Notes: generated from the letters alone by a model not told the origin. DNA of 64,000 nt from an uncultured Chitinophagaceae bacterium (GCA_964600785.1 CAZRKH010000048.1:7926-71925); one strand, 5' to 3'; positions 10,097 to 19,909 are shown, numbered from the stretch's first letter. Numbers and translations are program-made.

Positions 10097-10131
10097 CGAT
10101 GGCACCTTGGAGTGTCGTGGCGGCTGCCGGC

Positions 10132-11364
10132 TCAGGGGCCGACGGCGATCCGTACGGGGATGGTCATGGTCGGGGCGTCGGGATGCTGTGTCCGCAGGAC
10201 GATCCGTCCGGCCGGCGCGAGCTTGGTCCCTAGATGATTGCACGGCGGGCTCCCCGGGGGAATGGAGATTGTCAGCGGAAGCCGCACGACCGAACCGCTT
10301 CCGACCGCCGCCGGTTCGCCCACCTCGACGACCATGCACGACGGCACGAGTTCCTCGACCTCCACCGAAAATTCATCGGCGGCCGCGCCCCTGGCGGTCA
10401 GGAAAATCCGGCCCCGAAAGCCTCTCGCCGAGGCCACGCTGCCGATCGAGAGAAGTTGGCGGCCGGAGTCCCAGCCGCTGCCGGCGACGGCAATCTCGCC
10501 CCGCACGCTGCCCTCGACGGGAATCTCGACGATGGTGGCCCGCCCGGAAGCGGTTTCTCCCTCGGCTGCGGTGCCCCCGGCAGCCCCCTCGCCCGGCTCA
10601 CCGCAGACATAGCCGACCTCCAGCACGCCACGGAACGGGCCCAGCGGCAGCGGCGGCCGAGTGGTCAGGTTGATGCTCAATCCGCCGGTTGCCCCCGCGT
10701 GGCCTTCGATCTCCCCGGCGGGAAGTTCGGCCGCCTCGAAGCCGAGGAAGCCCGGCTCGGCATCACCGCCGCCCTCCCCCCGCCACCGCAGGCTCTCGAC
10801 GCGTGGCGGCTCGTCGCCGTGGGTGAAGATTCGCACCGGCACCGATTCCTCGCTGGCCACGGCCAGCTTGCTGAACACGACCCGTGGCGGTACGACCTCA
10901 AAGGTGGGAATCACCCGGCCTTCGACCACGAACGCCACCTCGGACCGACGGGGATCACTGGTGAGGATCGTGGCCTGCTGCCGAAACGCCCCTCCCCCGC
11001 CCTTCGCCGTCCACTCGAGCGTCACCGTGGCGGACTCACCGGGCGGAACCTCGCTGCGATCCAGACCGCTGATCGTGCAGGTGCAGGAGGTGGCTCCCTT
11101 CTCGAGCGTCAACGGGCTGCCACCGGTGTTGGTGATGGTGAAGCGATGGCTCTGCGACTGCCCGCTGCCGAGGCCGCCGAAGTCGAAGCGGGTTTCCTTC
11201 ACCTCAGCCCGGGGGGCCGATTCGGGGACATCGCCGACATCGACAAAGCCTCCAACCCGCAGCGGCCGCAGCAGTGATTCGCTGACCGCGATCCCACCGC
11301 CCACCACAATCCCTGCGACTGACGCCACGCAGGCCACCGCGAGGCTGCTCGGAGTCGGTTTCAT
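10132..11364 (-). CDS. DUF1573-like (Ig-like repeat) membrane-anchored protein
   Basis: ATG at 11364 gives MKPTPSSLAVACVASVAGIVVGGGIAV (signal or anchor). RFDFGGLGSGQSQSHRFTITNTGGSPLTLEKGATSCTCT matches the DUF1573 CxC motif. It lies 36 bp upstream of the cytochrome gene on the same strand. Confidence 0.72.
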   Translation of the reverse strand: MKPTPSSLAVACVASVAGIVVGGGIAVSESLLRPLRVGGFVDVGDVPESAPRAEVKETRFDFGGLGSGQSQSHRFTITNTGGSPLTLEKGATSCTCTISGLDRSEVPPGESATVTLEWTAKGGGGAFRQQATILTSDPRRSEVAFVVEGRVIPTFEVVPPRVVFSKLAVASEESVPVRIFTHGDEPPRVESLRWRGEGGGDAEPGFLGFEAAELPAGEIEGHAGATGGLSINLTTRPPLPLGPFRGVLEVGYVCGEPGEGAAGGTAAEGETASGRATIVEIPVEGSVRGEIAVAGSGWDSGRQLLSIGSVASARGFRGRIFLTARGAAADEFSVEVEELVPSCMVVEVGEPAAVGSGSVVRLPLTISIPPGSPPCNHLGTKLAPAGRIVLRTQHPDAPTMTIPVRIAVGP

Positions 11365-11452
11365 CGCTCGTGTCGCCTCCGTCGGCGGTCGTCGGTCCGC
11401 TTCTTTCTTCAATGATAGCCCGGGGAGACCCCCGCGGCCGCGCGATCGCCGC

Positions 11453-12961
11453 TCAGTAGGCCTTGGCGAGCACGCTCCGCCGGGAGGTCGGCCTCCCGGT
11501 GACCACACACTTGCCGGGCTCGTCATCCCCCTCGATTGGCACGCAGCGAACCGTGACCTTCAGGGGGTCGAGGGCCGCGGTCACGGCCGGGTCGTCGGCC
11601 ACGTGGACCAACGCGAAGCCGCCATGCATACCCCGGCCATTGGCGGGGGGCGTGAAGAACGCCTCCACCTCGGCGAGGCTCTCCAGTCGCCGGGTGTGGC
11701 TGTCGCGGAAGCTACCCGCCCTCGCGAGCAGACCTTCCTGGATCGCCTCGAGCTGGTCGGGCACCGCCTCGATGAAAGCATCCAACGCCATCGACTCGCG
11801 GTCCTTGACGCCACGATCGCGCCGGAAGAACGAGACGGCGTGTTCGGCGAGATCCCGCGGGCCGATCTCGACCCGCAACGGCACCCCCTGCTTGATGTGC
11901 TGCCACGATTTCTCACCGCCGCGGAGATCCCTGGCATCGATTCCGGCTCGCACGGGCTCGCCCCGCCAGCGCTGCTCGGCGAGCCGGTCCCGCAGCCGTT
12001 GGCAGGCCTCCATCACCGGCCCGCGGTCGTCGTCGCCCCGCACGATCGGCAGGATCACCACATGCTGCGGGGCGATCCTGGGCGGCAGCAGCAGGCCGTC
12101 GTCATCGGCGTGGGTCATGATCACGGCGCCGATGAGTCGCGTCGAGACTCCCCACGACGTGGTCCAACAGTATTCCTCGCCGCCCGAAGGTGATGCGAAG
12201 CGGATTTCCTGGGCCTTGGCGAAGTTCTGGCCCAGGAAGTGGGAGGTGCCCGCCTGGAGGGCACGCCGATCCTGCATCATCGCCTCGATCGACCAGGTTT
12301 CGACCGCTCCGGGAAACCGCTCGGCCGATGGCTTGACGCCCGTGATCACCGGCAGGGCGAGGTCGTCGCGGGCAAATCGCTCGTAGATCTTCAGGATTCT
12401 GAGCGTTTCCTCGATCGCCTCCTCGCTGGTGGCATGGGCCGTATGGCCTTCCTGCCAGAGAAACTCCGCGGTCCGCAGAAAGACCCTCGGCCGCATCTCC
12501 CAGCGGACCACGTTGGCCCACTGGTTGATCAACACCGGCAGATCCCTCCACGACTGGATCCACTTGGCGTACATCGCCCCGATGATCGTCTCGCTGGTGG
12601 GCCGCACCACCAACGGCTCCTCCAGCTTCCCCGTGGGCACCAGCCCCCCTTCGGGCCCCTGCTCGAGGCGGTGGTGGGTGACCACCGCGCACTCCTTGGC
12701 AAATCCCTCGACATGCTCCGCCTCCTTTTCGAGGAACGAGAGCGGGATGAACAGCGGGAAGTAGGCGTTGACGTGGCCGGTAGCCTTGAATTCCCTGTCG
12801 AGGATTCCCTGCATCCGCTCCCAGATCGCGTAGCCGTGGGGCTTGATCACCATGCAGCCGCGGACCGGCGAGGTCTCGGCGAGATCGGCGGCCCGCACGA
12901 CCTGCTGATACCACTCCGGGTAGTCCTCTTCGCGGGTCGGGGAGATCGCGTGTCGGGCCAT
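11453..12961 (-). CDS. proS: Prolyl-tRNA synthetase (short, insertion-less type)
   Basis: MARHAISPTREEDYPEWYQQVVRAADLAETSPVRGCMVIKPHGYAIWE and class-II aaRS blocks across the full 502-aa length. Confidence 0.95.
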   Translation of the reverse strand: MARHAISPTREEDYPEWYQQVVRAADLAETSPVRGCMVIKPHGYAIWERMQGILDREFKATGHVNAYFPLFIPLSFLEKEAEHVEGFAKECAVVTHHRLEQGPEGGLVPTGKLEEPLVVRPTSETIIGAMYAKWIQSWRDLPVLINQWANVVRWEMRPRVFLRTAEFLWQEGHTAHATSEEAIEETLRILKIYERFARDDLALPVITGVKPSAERFPGAVETWSIEAMMQDRRALQAGTSHFLGQNFAKAQEIRFASPSGGEEYCWTTSWGVSTRLIGAVIMTHADDDGLLLPPRIAPQHVVILPIVRGDDDRGPVMEACQRLRDRLAEQRWRGEPVRAGIDARDLRGGEKSWQHIKQGVPLRVEIGPRDLAEHAVSFFRRDRGVKDRESMALDAFIEAVPDQLEAIQEGLLARAGSFRDSHTRRLESLAEVEAFFTPPANGRGMHGGFALVHVADDPAVTAALDPLKVTVRCVPIEGDDEPGKCVVTGRPTSRRSVLAKAY

Positions 12962-13145
12962 CGAGTTTCTCCGCAGTTCGGCTGATCCCCGAGTGCCGTG
13001 ACGATGCGACCGGGGGCTGCGAGTCTAGCTTTTCGCCGTCCAGGCCATCCATGGCCCCGCAGGCCGGTGCGGCGATGCGAGTTTGTGGTGGGCATCGGCA
13101 AACCTCTACACTGCGACCGTTCCTTTTTCGTTCCCACGGGCTCCC

Positions 13146-14210
13146 ATGTCACGTTCTTCCTCATCCACGCCGCCGGTGCCCGCCGCCCCGGTGCTGCTGC
13201 CCCCGGGTCGCTCCGGCCGCCGCAAGTTCATCACTGAACTGCCGCCGCAAGGGACGATCGACCAGGTCTTCCTGGCGACCCACAAGCAGCTGCGTCCAAA
13301 TCGCAACGGGCAGCTCTATCTCCAGGTCGAACTCGCCGACCGCAGCGGTCTGATCACGGCCCGAATGTGGAACGCCGGCGAGGCGGAGTATGGGGCCTTC
13401 GAGGACGGCGACTATGTCCGTGTCGAGGGCAGCACCCAGCTCTACCAGGGCAACCTGCAGGTGATCGCCACCTCGATCCAGCGGGTCGATCCTCGCGGGA
13501 TCGAGGAATCGGACTACAGGGTGCTCTCCGGTGGTGACATCGACCGGCTCGTGGAGGAGATGCGATCGACCTTCGCGGGGCTCTCGCGGGAGGAGCTGCG
13601 GCTGCTCGCCGATGCGGTCTTCGACGACGAGCGGCTGATGGAGTCTTTTCGACGCAGTCCGGCCGGCGTCAAACATCACCATGCCTACGCCGGCGGGCTG
13701 ATCGACCACGTGGCGAGCCTGCTGCGGCTGGCGGACCGGGTGGCGACGCTCTATCCCGACGTCGACCGGGACTTGCTGCTGGTGGGCGTGCTCTTCCACG
13801 ACATTGGCAAGACGGTCGAGCTGGAGAGCGAAAAGGGTTTTTCCTACACCGATTCCGGCCAGCTGCTCGGGCACGTGCTCCTGGGTCTGGAGATCCTCGA
13901 CGACCGCATCGCCGAGGTCGAGACCAGGCTGGGAAGGCCCCTCGACGCCGAACTGGCGGTGCGGATCAAGCACATGGTCGCCAGTCACCATGGCCATTAC
14001 GAATTTGGCAGCCCGAAGCTGCCGATGACGCTCGAGGCGATCGCCCTGCACCACCTCGATCACTTCGACGCCCAGATGGCATCGACGCTGCAGCTGCTGC
14101 AAAACGAGGCCTCGATGGACAGTGGCTGGACCCAGTACCACGCCAACCACGGCCGCAAGTTTTTCCGCGGTCGGGAGCGGTCGCAGGGCGAGGGGAGCGA
14201 CGGCCGCTAG
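13146..14210 (+). CDS. yhaM: OB-fold + HD-domain 3'-5' exoribonuclease, YhaM-like
   Basis: OB region (NGQLYLQVELADRSGLITARMWNA…YVRVEGSTQLYQGNLQV) is followed by an HD domain (HHAYAGGLIDH…VGVLFHDIGK). ATG at 13146 is chosen. The stop is 2 bp before rnr. Confidence 0.75.
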   Translation: MSRSSSSTPPVPAAPVLLPPGRSGRRKFITELPPQGTIDQVFLATHKQLRPNRNGQLYLQVELADRSGLITARMWNAGEAEYGAFEDGDYVRVEGSTQLYQGNLQVIATSIQRVDPRGIEESDYRVLSGGDIDRLVEEMRSTFAGLSREELRLLADAVFDDERLMESFRRSPAGVKHHHAYAGGLIDHVASLLRLADRVATLYPDVDRDLLLVGVLFHDIGKTVELESEKGFSYTDSGQLLGHVLLGLEILDDRIAEVETRLGRPLDAELAVRIKHMVASHHGHYEFGSPKLPMTLEAIALHHLDHFDAQMASTLQLLQNEASMDSGWTQYHANHGRKFFRGRERSQGEGSDGR

Positions 14211-14212
14211 TC

Positions 14213-16210
14213 ATGCCACGCACGCGGCCCCGTGGGGCCCCTGAGCTCGTCACGGGCGTCTACCAGCGGAAAAGCCGCGGGCACGGTTTCGTGCGACCCT
14301 CCTCGGCCCCCGCCCACTCCCGCGATTCGGATATTTACGTGCCCGCCACCGCCTCGCGGGACGCCGCCGACGGCGATACGGTGCGGGTGCGTGTTTTGAC
14401 CGGCGACCACCGTCGCCCGGGGCCGGCCGGCGAGATCGTGGAGGTCGTCGCCCGGCGGACGACCCGTTTCGTGGGGACCTACTTCGAGGCGGCCGGCGGA
14501 GGATGGGTCACGATCGACGGCACCACCTTCGCCCGCCCGGTGGCTGTGGGCGACCCGGGTGCCAAGGGGGTGCGGCCGCGGGAAAAGGTTGTCCTGGAGA
14601 TGGTGCGGTTCCCCACCGCGATCCGCGACGGCGAGGGGGTCGTGATCGAGGTGCTCGGCGATGCGGGCGAGCCCGGCGTCGACACCCGCTCGGTGATCCA
14701 CGAGTTCGGCCTGCCCGGGTCCTTTCCAGAGGCGGCAATGGAGGAGGCCCGCCGGCAGGCGGCCCGCTTCGGCGAGCAGGTCGGCCGCGAAAGGGTCGAC
14801 CGTACCGGTCTGGTGGTGATCACGATCGACCCCACCGACGCCCGCGACTTCGACGACGCGATCTCGCTGGAGCGGATCGAACGAGACCACTGGCTGCTCG
14901 GCGTGCATATCGCCGACGTGGCGGCCTTCGTCGAGGAGGGTTCCCCGCTCGATCAGGAGGCGCGGGCCCGGGGCACGAGCGTCTATCTGCCCGACCGGGT
15001 GATTCCGATGCTGCCGGAGATCATCTCCAACAACCTCGCCAGCCTGCAGCCCCAGAAGCTCCGCTATGCCCGCAGCTGCTGGATCGAGTTCACGCCTGAC
15101 GGCGGCATGGTCGCCGCGGAGGTGGAGCGGACGGCGATCCGCAGCCGCCGTCGATTCACCTACGACGAGGTTGACTGCTTCCTCGAGGATGCGGAAACGA
15201 CCGCCGTGTCGATGTCCCGCGAGGTGCGGGAGCTGCTCGGACGAATGCGAGACCTGGCCCGTCTGCTGCGGGATCGTCGCCGCCGTCGGGGCTCCCTGGA
15301 ACTGGTGATGCCCGAGGTGAAGATCGATCTCGACCGCGACGGGCGGGTGACCGGGGCCCATGTCGAGCCCGACACCGAGAGCCACCAGATCATCGAGGAG
15401 TTCATGCTCTCGGCCAACGAGGCGGTGGCCGGTCTGCTCGCCGCCGCGGGCATCCCGTTTCTCCGCCGGATTCATCCCCAGCCCGACCTGCGGAAGCTGC
15501 GGCAGCTCACGGAGTTCGTCTCCGAACTCGGCTTCGAGACCGATTCGCTCGAAAGCCGCTTTGAACTGCAACGGCTGCTCGCGATGAGCCGTGGCAGGCC
15601 GGAGGCCCATGCGGTGCACTACGCGGTGCTCCGCAGCCTCGCCCGGGCGGTCTACGCACCCGCCGAGGAGGGCCACTACGCCCTTGCCAGCGACTGCTAC
15701 TGCCACTTCACCTCGCCGATCCGTCGCTACCCCGATCTCACGATTCACCGGCAGCTCGACGCCCTCGGGCGGCGTCGCCGGCCGCCCGCCGACGGCCTCG
15801 CCGAACTCGGCGAGGCCTGTTCCCAGCTCGAACGGCGGGCGGAGGCGGCGGAACGCGAGCTGGTGAAGCTCAAGCTGCTGTTGTTCATGAGCGAGCGGAT
15901 CGGCGAATCGATCGACGCGGTGATCACCGGTGTGGAAGCCTTCGGGCTGTTCGTGCAGGGCATCGAGCTGCCTGCCGAGGGACTGCTGCCCCGGGAGAGC
16001 CTGCCGGACGACGCCTACCGCTACGACCGCCGTCGACACACGCTCGCCGGCCACCGTGCCGGCAACAGCTTCCGGCTCGGTGACCGGCTGCGGGTGGAGG
16101 TGGCGAGCGTCGACCTCGAACGCCGGACGATGGAGTTTCGCCTCGAGGGACGCCACCGCCGTCCGCGGCGGGCCAAGCGGCCGCCCGGCGGTGGCCGCCG
16201 TCGCCGCTGA
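14213..16210 (+). CDS. rnr: Ribonuclease R
   Basis: RNB motif DPTDARDFDDAISLE, a C-terminal S1-like region and an Arg-rich tail. Confidence 0.95.
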   Translation: MPRTRPRGAPELVTGVYQRKSRGHGFVRPSSAPAHSRDSDIYVPATASRDAADGDTVRVRVLTGDHRRPGPAGEIVEVVARRTTRFVGTYFEAAGGGWVTIDGTTFARPVAVGDPGAKGVRPREKVVLEMVRFPTAIRDGEGVVIEVLGDAGEPGVDTRSVIHEFGLPGSFPEAAMEEARRQAARFGEQVGRERVDRTGLVVITIDPTDARDFDDAISLERIERDHWLLGVHIADVAAFVEEGSPLDQEARARGTSVYLPDRVIPMLPEIISNNLASLQPQKLRYARSCWIEFTPDGGMVAAEVERTAIRSRRRFTYDEVDCFLEDAETTAVSMSREVRELLGRMRDLARLLRDRRRRRGSLELVMPEVKIDLDRDGRVTGAHVEPDTESHQIIEEFMLSANEAVAGLLAAAGIPFLRRIHPQPDLRKLRQLTEFVSELGFETDSLESRFELQRLLAMSRGRPEAHAVHYAVLRSLARAVYAPAEEGHYALASDCYCHFTSPIRRYPDLTIHRQLDALGRRRRPPADGLAELGEACSQLERRAEAAERELVKLKLLLFMSERIGESIDAVITGVEAFGLFVQGIELPAEGLLPRESLPDDAYRYDRRRHTLAGHRAGNSFRLGDRLRVEVASVDLERRTMEFRLEGRHRRPRRAKRPPGGGRRRR

Positions 16211-16310
16211 GCGGGTCGCCGCTGGTCGGGAGGCGGTCGATTCCTATACTCACCCTTTTTCCGGCGGCCACCGCTGCCGGGCTACGGCCGAGCCGGCCGG
16301 GGAGACGTGC

Positions 16311-17441
16311 ATGTCCGCCGATGAATCCCGCCTGCGTGAAACGCCGCTTGCCGCCTGGCACCGCGACCATGGCGGACGCATGGTGCCCTTCGGCGGATGG
16401 TCGATGCCCGTGCAATATGGCTCGATCGTGGAGGAACATCGGGCCACCCGCAGCCACTGCGGTCTGTTCGACGTCTCCCACATGGGGCGGCTGACAGTCG
16501 CCGGTGCGGGGGCCCGCGACTGGCTCGAGTCGACCCTCACGCGCAGCGTGGCGGGGCTGTCCGCGGGCCGGGCTCGCTACACCCTTGTGACCGACGAGGG
16601 AGGGCCGCGAGGCCTGCGGGTTCTCGACGACGCCCTGGTCGCCTGCGAGGGAGACACGCTTTTCCAGCTGGTGGTCAATGCCGCCAACCGCGAGCGGGTC
16701 GTCGAATCGCTCGCCGCCCGACTGCCCGCGAATGCCTCGCTCGAAGACCGCACGGGCCAGACGGCGATGATCGCCGTGCAGGGTCCGCAGGCGGTCGGGA
16801 TCGTGGCGGGCCTCTGCGAGCCTCGACAGCGGGAGGCGATCACGGCGATGCCGGTCTATCGAACCGGCCGGGCCGAACTGGCGGGAGTCGACGCGGCGGG
16901 GAGCCGCACCGGCTACACCGGCGAGGACGGCTTCGAACTCGTAGTCGATGCCGACTGTGCGACGCGGGTCTGGGAGGCGTTGGTGTCGGCCGGCGGCCGT
17001 CCCTGCGGCCTCGGGGCCCGCGACACCCTGCGACTCGAGGCCGGCATGCCGCTCTACGGCCACGAACTCGTCGAGTCGAGCGATCCCTTCGCCGTCGGTC
17101 TGGGGTTCGCGGTGAACCTCGAGGGCCGCGAGTTTCCCGGCCGCAAGACGCTTGCGGAATTGTCCGCGACCGGGCCGACACGGCGGCGGGTCGGCCTGAT
17201 ACTCGCCTCGCGGCGGCCGGCCCGCGAGGGCTACCCGGTGGTCGCCTCGGCCGCTGCCCAGGCCGGGGAGATCGGGGTCGTCACCAGCGGCAGCTTCGCC
17301 CCCAGCCTCGAGGCCTCGGTGGCGATGGCGATGCTCGACGTGTCGCGGGCCGATGCCGGCGGCGAAGTGGCCGTCGAGATCCGTGGCAGCCGTGAGCCGG
17401 CCCGGATCGTCCCTCTCCCCTTCTACCGCAGGAAAACCTGA
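16311..17441 (+). CDS. gcvT: Glycine cleavage system T protein (aminomethyltransferase)
   Basis: From ATG 16311: MSADESRLRETPLAAWHRDHGGRMVPFGGWSMPVQYGSIVEEHRATRSHCGLFDVSHMGRL. The upstream part of the track ORF overlaps rnr. Confidence 0.95.
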   Translation: MSADESRLRETPLAAWHRDHGGRMVPFGGWSMPVQYGSIVEEHRATRSHCGLFDVSHMGRLTVAGAGARDWLESTLTRSVAGLSAGRARYTLVTDEGGPRGLRVLDDALVACEGDTLFQLVVNAANRERVVESLAARLPANASLEDRTGQTAMIAVQGPQAVGIVAGLCEPRQREAITAMPVYRTGRAELAGVDAAGSRTGYTGEDGFELVVDADCATRVWEALVSAGGRPCGLGARDTLRLEAGMPLYGHELVESSDPFAVGLGFAVNLEGREFPGRKTLAELSATGPTRRRVGLILASRRPAREGYPVVASAAAQAGEIGVVTSGSFAPSLEASVAMAMLDVSRADAGGEVAVEIRGSREPARIVPLPFYRRKT

Positions 17442-17540
17442 ACGGCTCCGGCGTGATTGCGGTATTCTCCCGGCGACGGTCGGGCTCGACCGCCTGCCAT
17501 GCTGCCACGCTGCCACACGAAGTCGCGGGAGGATTCGCCG

Positions 17541-17927
17541 ATGAAGTTTGCCAAGTCTCATGAGTGGGTTCGCGTCGAGGGAGACCCGGCCCCCGGAGCG
17601 ATCGCCACGATCGGCATTTCCGCCTATGCCGTCGAGGCCCTGACCGATCTGGTGTTCATGCAGCTGCCCCGCGTCGGCGACACCCTCACCGCCGGCGAGT
17701 CCTTCGGTGAGATCGAGAGCGTGAAGGCCGTCAGCGATCTCTACGCGCCGTGCTCCGGCGAGGTGGTGGAGGTTCACGAGGGCCTGCCCAACGATCTCGA
17801 CATCCTCGGCCGGGATCCGTACGGCGAGGGCTGGATCGTGAAGCTGAAACTCGCCGATCCCTCCGAGCTCGACCAGCTGATGGACCAGACCGCCTACGAC
17901 GCGGTCGTTCGGGAGCAGTCGCAGTAG
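17541..17927 (+). CDS. gcvH: Glycine cleavage system H protein
   Basis: MKFAKSHEWVRVEG… with the lipoyl-lysine motif GEIESVKAVSDLY. Confidence 0.95.
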   Translation: MKFAKSHEWVRVEGDPAPGAIATIGISAYAVEALTDLVFMQLPRVGDTLTAGESFGEIESVKAVSDLYAPCSGEVVEVHEGLPNDLDILGRDPYGEGWIVKLKLADPSELDQLMDQTAYDAVVREQSQ

Positions 17928-18670
17928 TGCTCGTGGTCTGGCGGGATCCGCCGGCATCCGGCCCGGTCAACATGGCCGCCGACGAACTGCTCGCCTCCCG
18001 TGGCGAGACCGGGGGAATCGCGATTCGGCTCTACCGCTGGGAGGCTCCGACCTTCTCGCTCGGCGGCTTCCAGCGGGCCGATTCCGCCGCCTGGCTGGCC
18101 GACCACGGGATTCCGCTTGTGCGGCGACCCAGCGGAGGTGGCGGCATCCTCCACGGGGGTGATCTGACCTACGCTGCGGCCGTCTCGCGGGAGCATCCGC
18201 TGGGCCGTTCACCGCAGCGGTTCTACGACATGCTGCACGCCGCGATGGTCAAGGTGCTTTCTCCGCTTGGTCTTGCGGCGGGCCTGCATGGCGGGCCGGC
18301 GGAGGGTGAGCGGCCCGAAGGTCCGCTGTTCTGCTTCGATCGCCGCTCGGTGGGGGACGTGGTCGCCGGTCGCCACAAGCTTCTCGGCAGCGCCCAGCGG
18401 AGGCTGGCCGCCGCGGTGGTGCAGCATGGCAGCCTGCTGCTGCGCCGTGTCGACGTCTCGGCCGAGGTGGCCCGCCATCCTGGGCTCGAGGAACTTCTCG
18501 GCCGGGGCATCCACGCTGACACCCTCGGCCTGCAGTGGGTCCGGCAGGTGGCCGACGATCTCGGGCTGCCGCTGGAGGTCCGCGGCGAGTTGCTCGACCG
18601 GCAGGCTCGCGAGGCGATCGTCGGGCGGATCGCCCATTTCGCCTCGGATCGCTGGCTCCGCAGGCGGTAG
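17927..18670 (+). CDS. Lipoate-protein ligase / octanoyltransferase family protein (BPL_LplA_LipB catalytic domain only)
   Basis: Motifs RLYRWEAPTFSLGGFQ, RRPSGGGGILHGGDLTY and HKLLGSAQRR. The GTG at 17927 overlaps the gcvH TAG. ATG at 17972 is an alternative start. Confidence 0.8.
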   Translation: MLVVWRDPPASGPVNMAADELLASRGETGGIAIRLYRWEAPTFSLGGFQRADSAAWLADHGIPLVRRPSGGGGILHGGDLTYAAAVSREHPLGRSPQRFYDMLHAAMVKVLSPLGLAAGLHGGPAEGERPEGPLFCFDRRSVGDVVAGRHKLLGSAQRRLAAAVVQHGSLLLRRVDVSAEVARHPGLEELLGRGIHADTLGLQWVRQVADDLGLPLEVRGELLDRQAREAIVGRIAHFASDRWLRRR

Positions 18671-18776
18671 CGGGCGGCCTCGGAGTGCGGGCCGCTTTTG
18701 ATACACTCCAAGATGCGGGTGAGGCGACGGCGGTCCACTGCCGAACCGCCGCGGATTTCCAGGGAGTTTCGGGGCC

Positions 18777-19394
18777 ATGCAGCCCAAGTTCATCGTCAAT
18801 TCCGGCAGAAGTGCCGGCCGCGGAATCGCGATCAAGCGGCAGAAACTGCTCATCGGCCGGGCCGAGGAGTGCGACGTACGGCCGCTGAGCGAAGAGGTCA
18901 GCCGTCGCCACTGCGAGATTGTCCACGGGAGCGGCGAGGTCACCGTGGAGGACCTCGGCAGCCGCAACGGCACCTTTGTCAATGGCCGCAAGATCGAGGT
19001 CAAGACGACGCTTGCCGACGGCGACATCCTGCGGATCGGCTCACTGGAATTGAAGTTCGCCGCGGGAACTCCCCAGCATGAAACCGGGTCCGAGCAGGAT
19101 GTCTCACGGTGGCTGATGGCGGACGACAGCGAGCCTGCCGGACTCGACACGACGCATGCCATTCGTAGCGAAGAAGATGCCGCACCGCAGGAGAATCCTG
19201 CCGAGCCTCAATCGGCAGACTCGCACGAGCCTCCACCGGAGGACATCAGCTCGACTCGCAGCACGATCCATGTCGAGGAGATTCGACAATCAAAGGAAAA
19301 GCCCGGCAGTCTGCCAGGGAACACGAAGAAGCAGGCGGAATCGTCGCGGGATGCCGCCGCGGAGGCCCTCAAGAAGTTTTTCGGGAATCGTTGA
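18777..19394 (+). CDS. FHA-domain protein with acidic disordered tail
   Basis: FHA core [25 protein letters not shown]…[15 protein letters not shown]…[13 protein letters not shown]. Confidence 0.85.
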   Translation: MQPKFIVNSGRSAGRGIAIKRQKLLIGRAEECDVRPLSEEVSRRHCEIVHGSGEVTVEDLGSRNGTFVNGRKIEVKTTLADGDILRIGSLELKFAAGTPQHETGSEQDVSRWLMADDSEPAGLDTTHAIRSEEDAAPQENPAEPQSADSHEPPPEDISSTRSTIHVEEIRQSKEKPGSLPGNTKKQAESSRDAAAEALKKFFGNR

Positions 19395-19612
19395 TTCCCT
19401 TTGACGGGCCTGTCGCTGCCGCAGCAGGCCAACGCCCGTTGCGGACTGGATCGGTTGCAGCGGCTGGTGGGCCTGCCCGGCCGCCGCAGGGCTTCGCCGA
19501 TCCGCTTCATCCGGAAAAACCGTCAGCTTTCCCGGGCCGGCAAACTCTGCCCAGGTTTCCTGACGATACGTCCCGTGCCAGGCCGGCGAACTTCCAGGAA
19601 AACGAGGATCCC

Positions 19613-19909
19613 ATGTCGATCAACACCGTCACGACGCAGAACAAGGCGGCCCGCGAAGCGAGCCTCGCGGATCGCACCACCCGTGGAGATCGCGGACCCG
19701 CCGGGGTCGCCCCACCCCGCCGCGCGACGGCTCGGCGACGCCGGCAGATCGACCCCACGACATGCGAGCGGGACTATTCCGCCGACGAGATCGAGTTCAT
19801 GCGTGCTCTCGAAGACTACAAGCGTCGCAACGGCAGGATGTTCCCCACCTGCAGCGAAGTGCTCGAGGTCGTGCGATCCCTCGGCTATACCCGCGGCGGA
19901 AGCATCTGA
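19613..19909 (+). CDS. Small basic hypothetical protein (98 aa)
   Basis: ATG at 19613. Arg-rich middle ([12 protein letters not shown]) and a helical-looking C-terminus ([39 protein letters not shown]). High GC3. No family recognised. Confidence 0.5.
   Translation: MSINTVTTQNKAAREASLADRTTRGDRGPAGVAPPRRATARRRRQIDPTTCERDYSADEIEFMRALEDYKRRNGRMFPTCSEVLEVVRSLGYTRGGSI

Noticed and set aside
10097-10339. N-terminal 81-aa extension of the cytochrome ORF, and similar upstream extensions of many track ORFs (for example 11365-11526, 38216-38350, 47968-48213)
   Set aside because: The extensions are Arg/Pro-rich, overlap the upstream gene or intergenic DNA, and precede internal ATGs that give proper signal peptides or conserved N-termini.
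16211-16310. Glycine riboswitch expected upstream of gcvT
   Set aside because: The 100-nt spacer lacks the conserved GGAGAG…CCGAAGGGGCAA…CUCAGGCAAAAGGAC-type blocks when read by eye. Only generic GC-rich motifs are present. A covariance-model scan (Rfam RF00504) would be decisive.
14207-17957. Long minus-strand ORFs (14207-16156 at 649 aa; 15924-17957 at 677 aa)
   Set aside because: They are entirely antisense to rnr, gcvT and gcvH, which carry strong family motifs. Their translations are Arg/Gly/Pro-rich with no recognisable domains.
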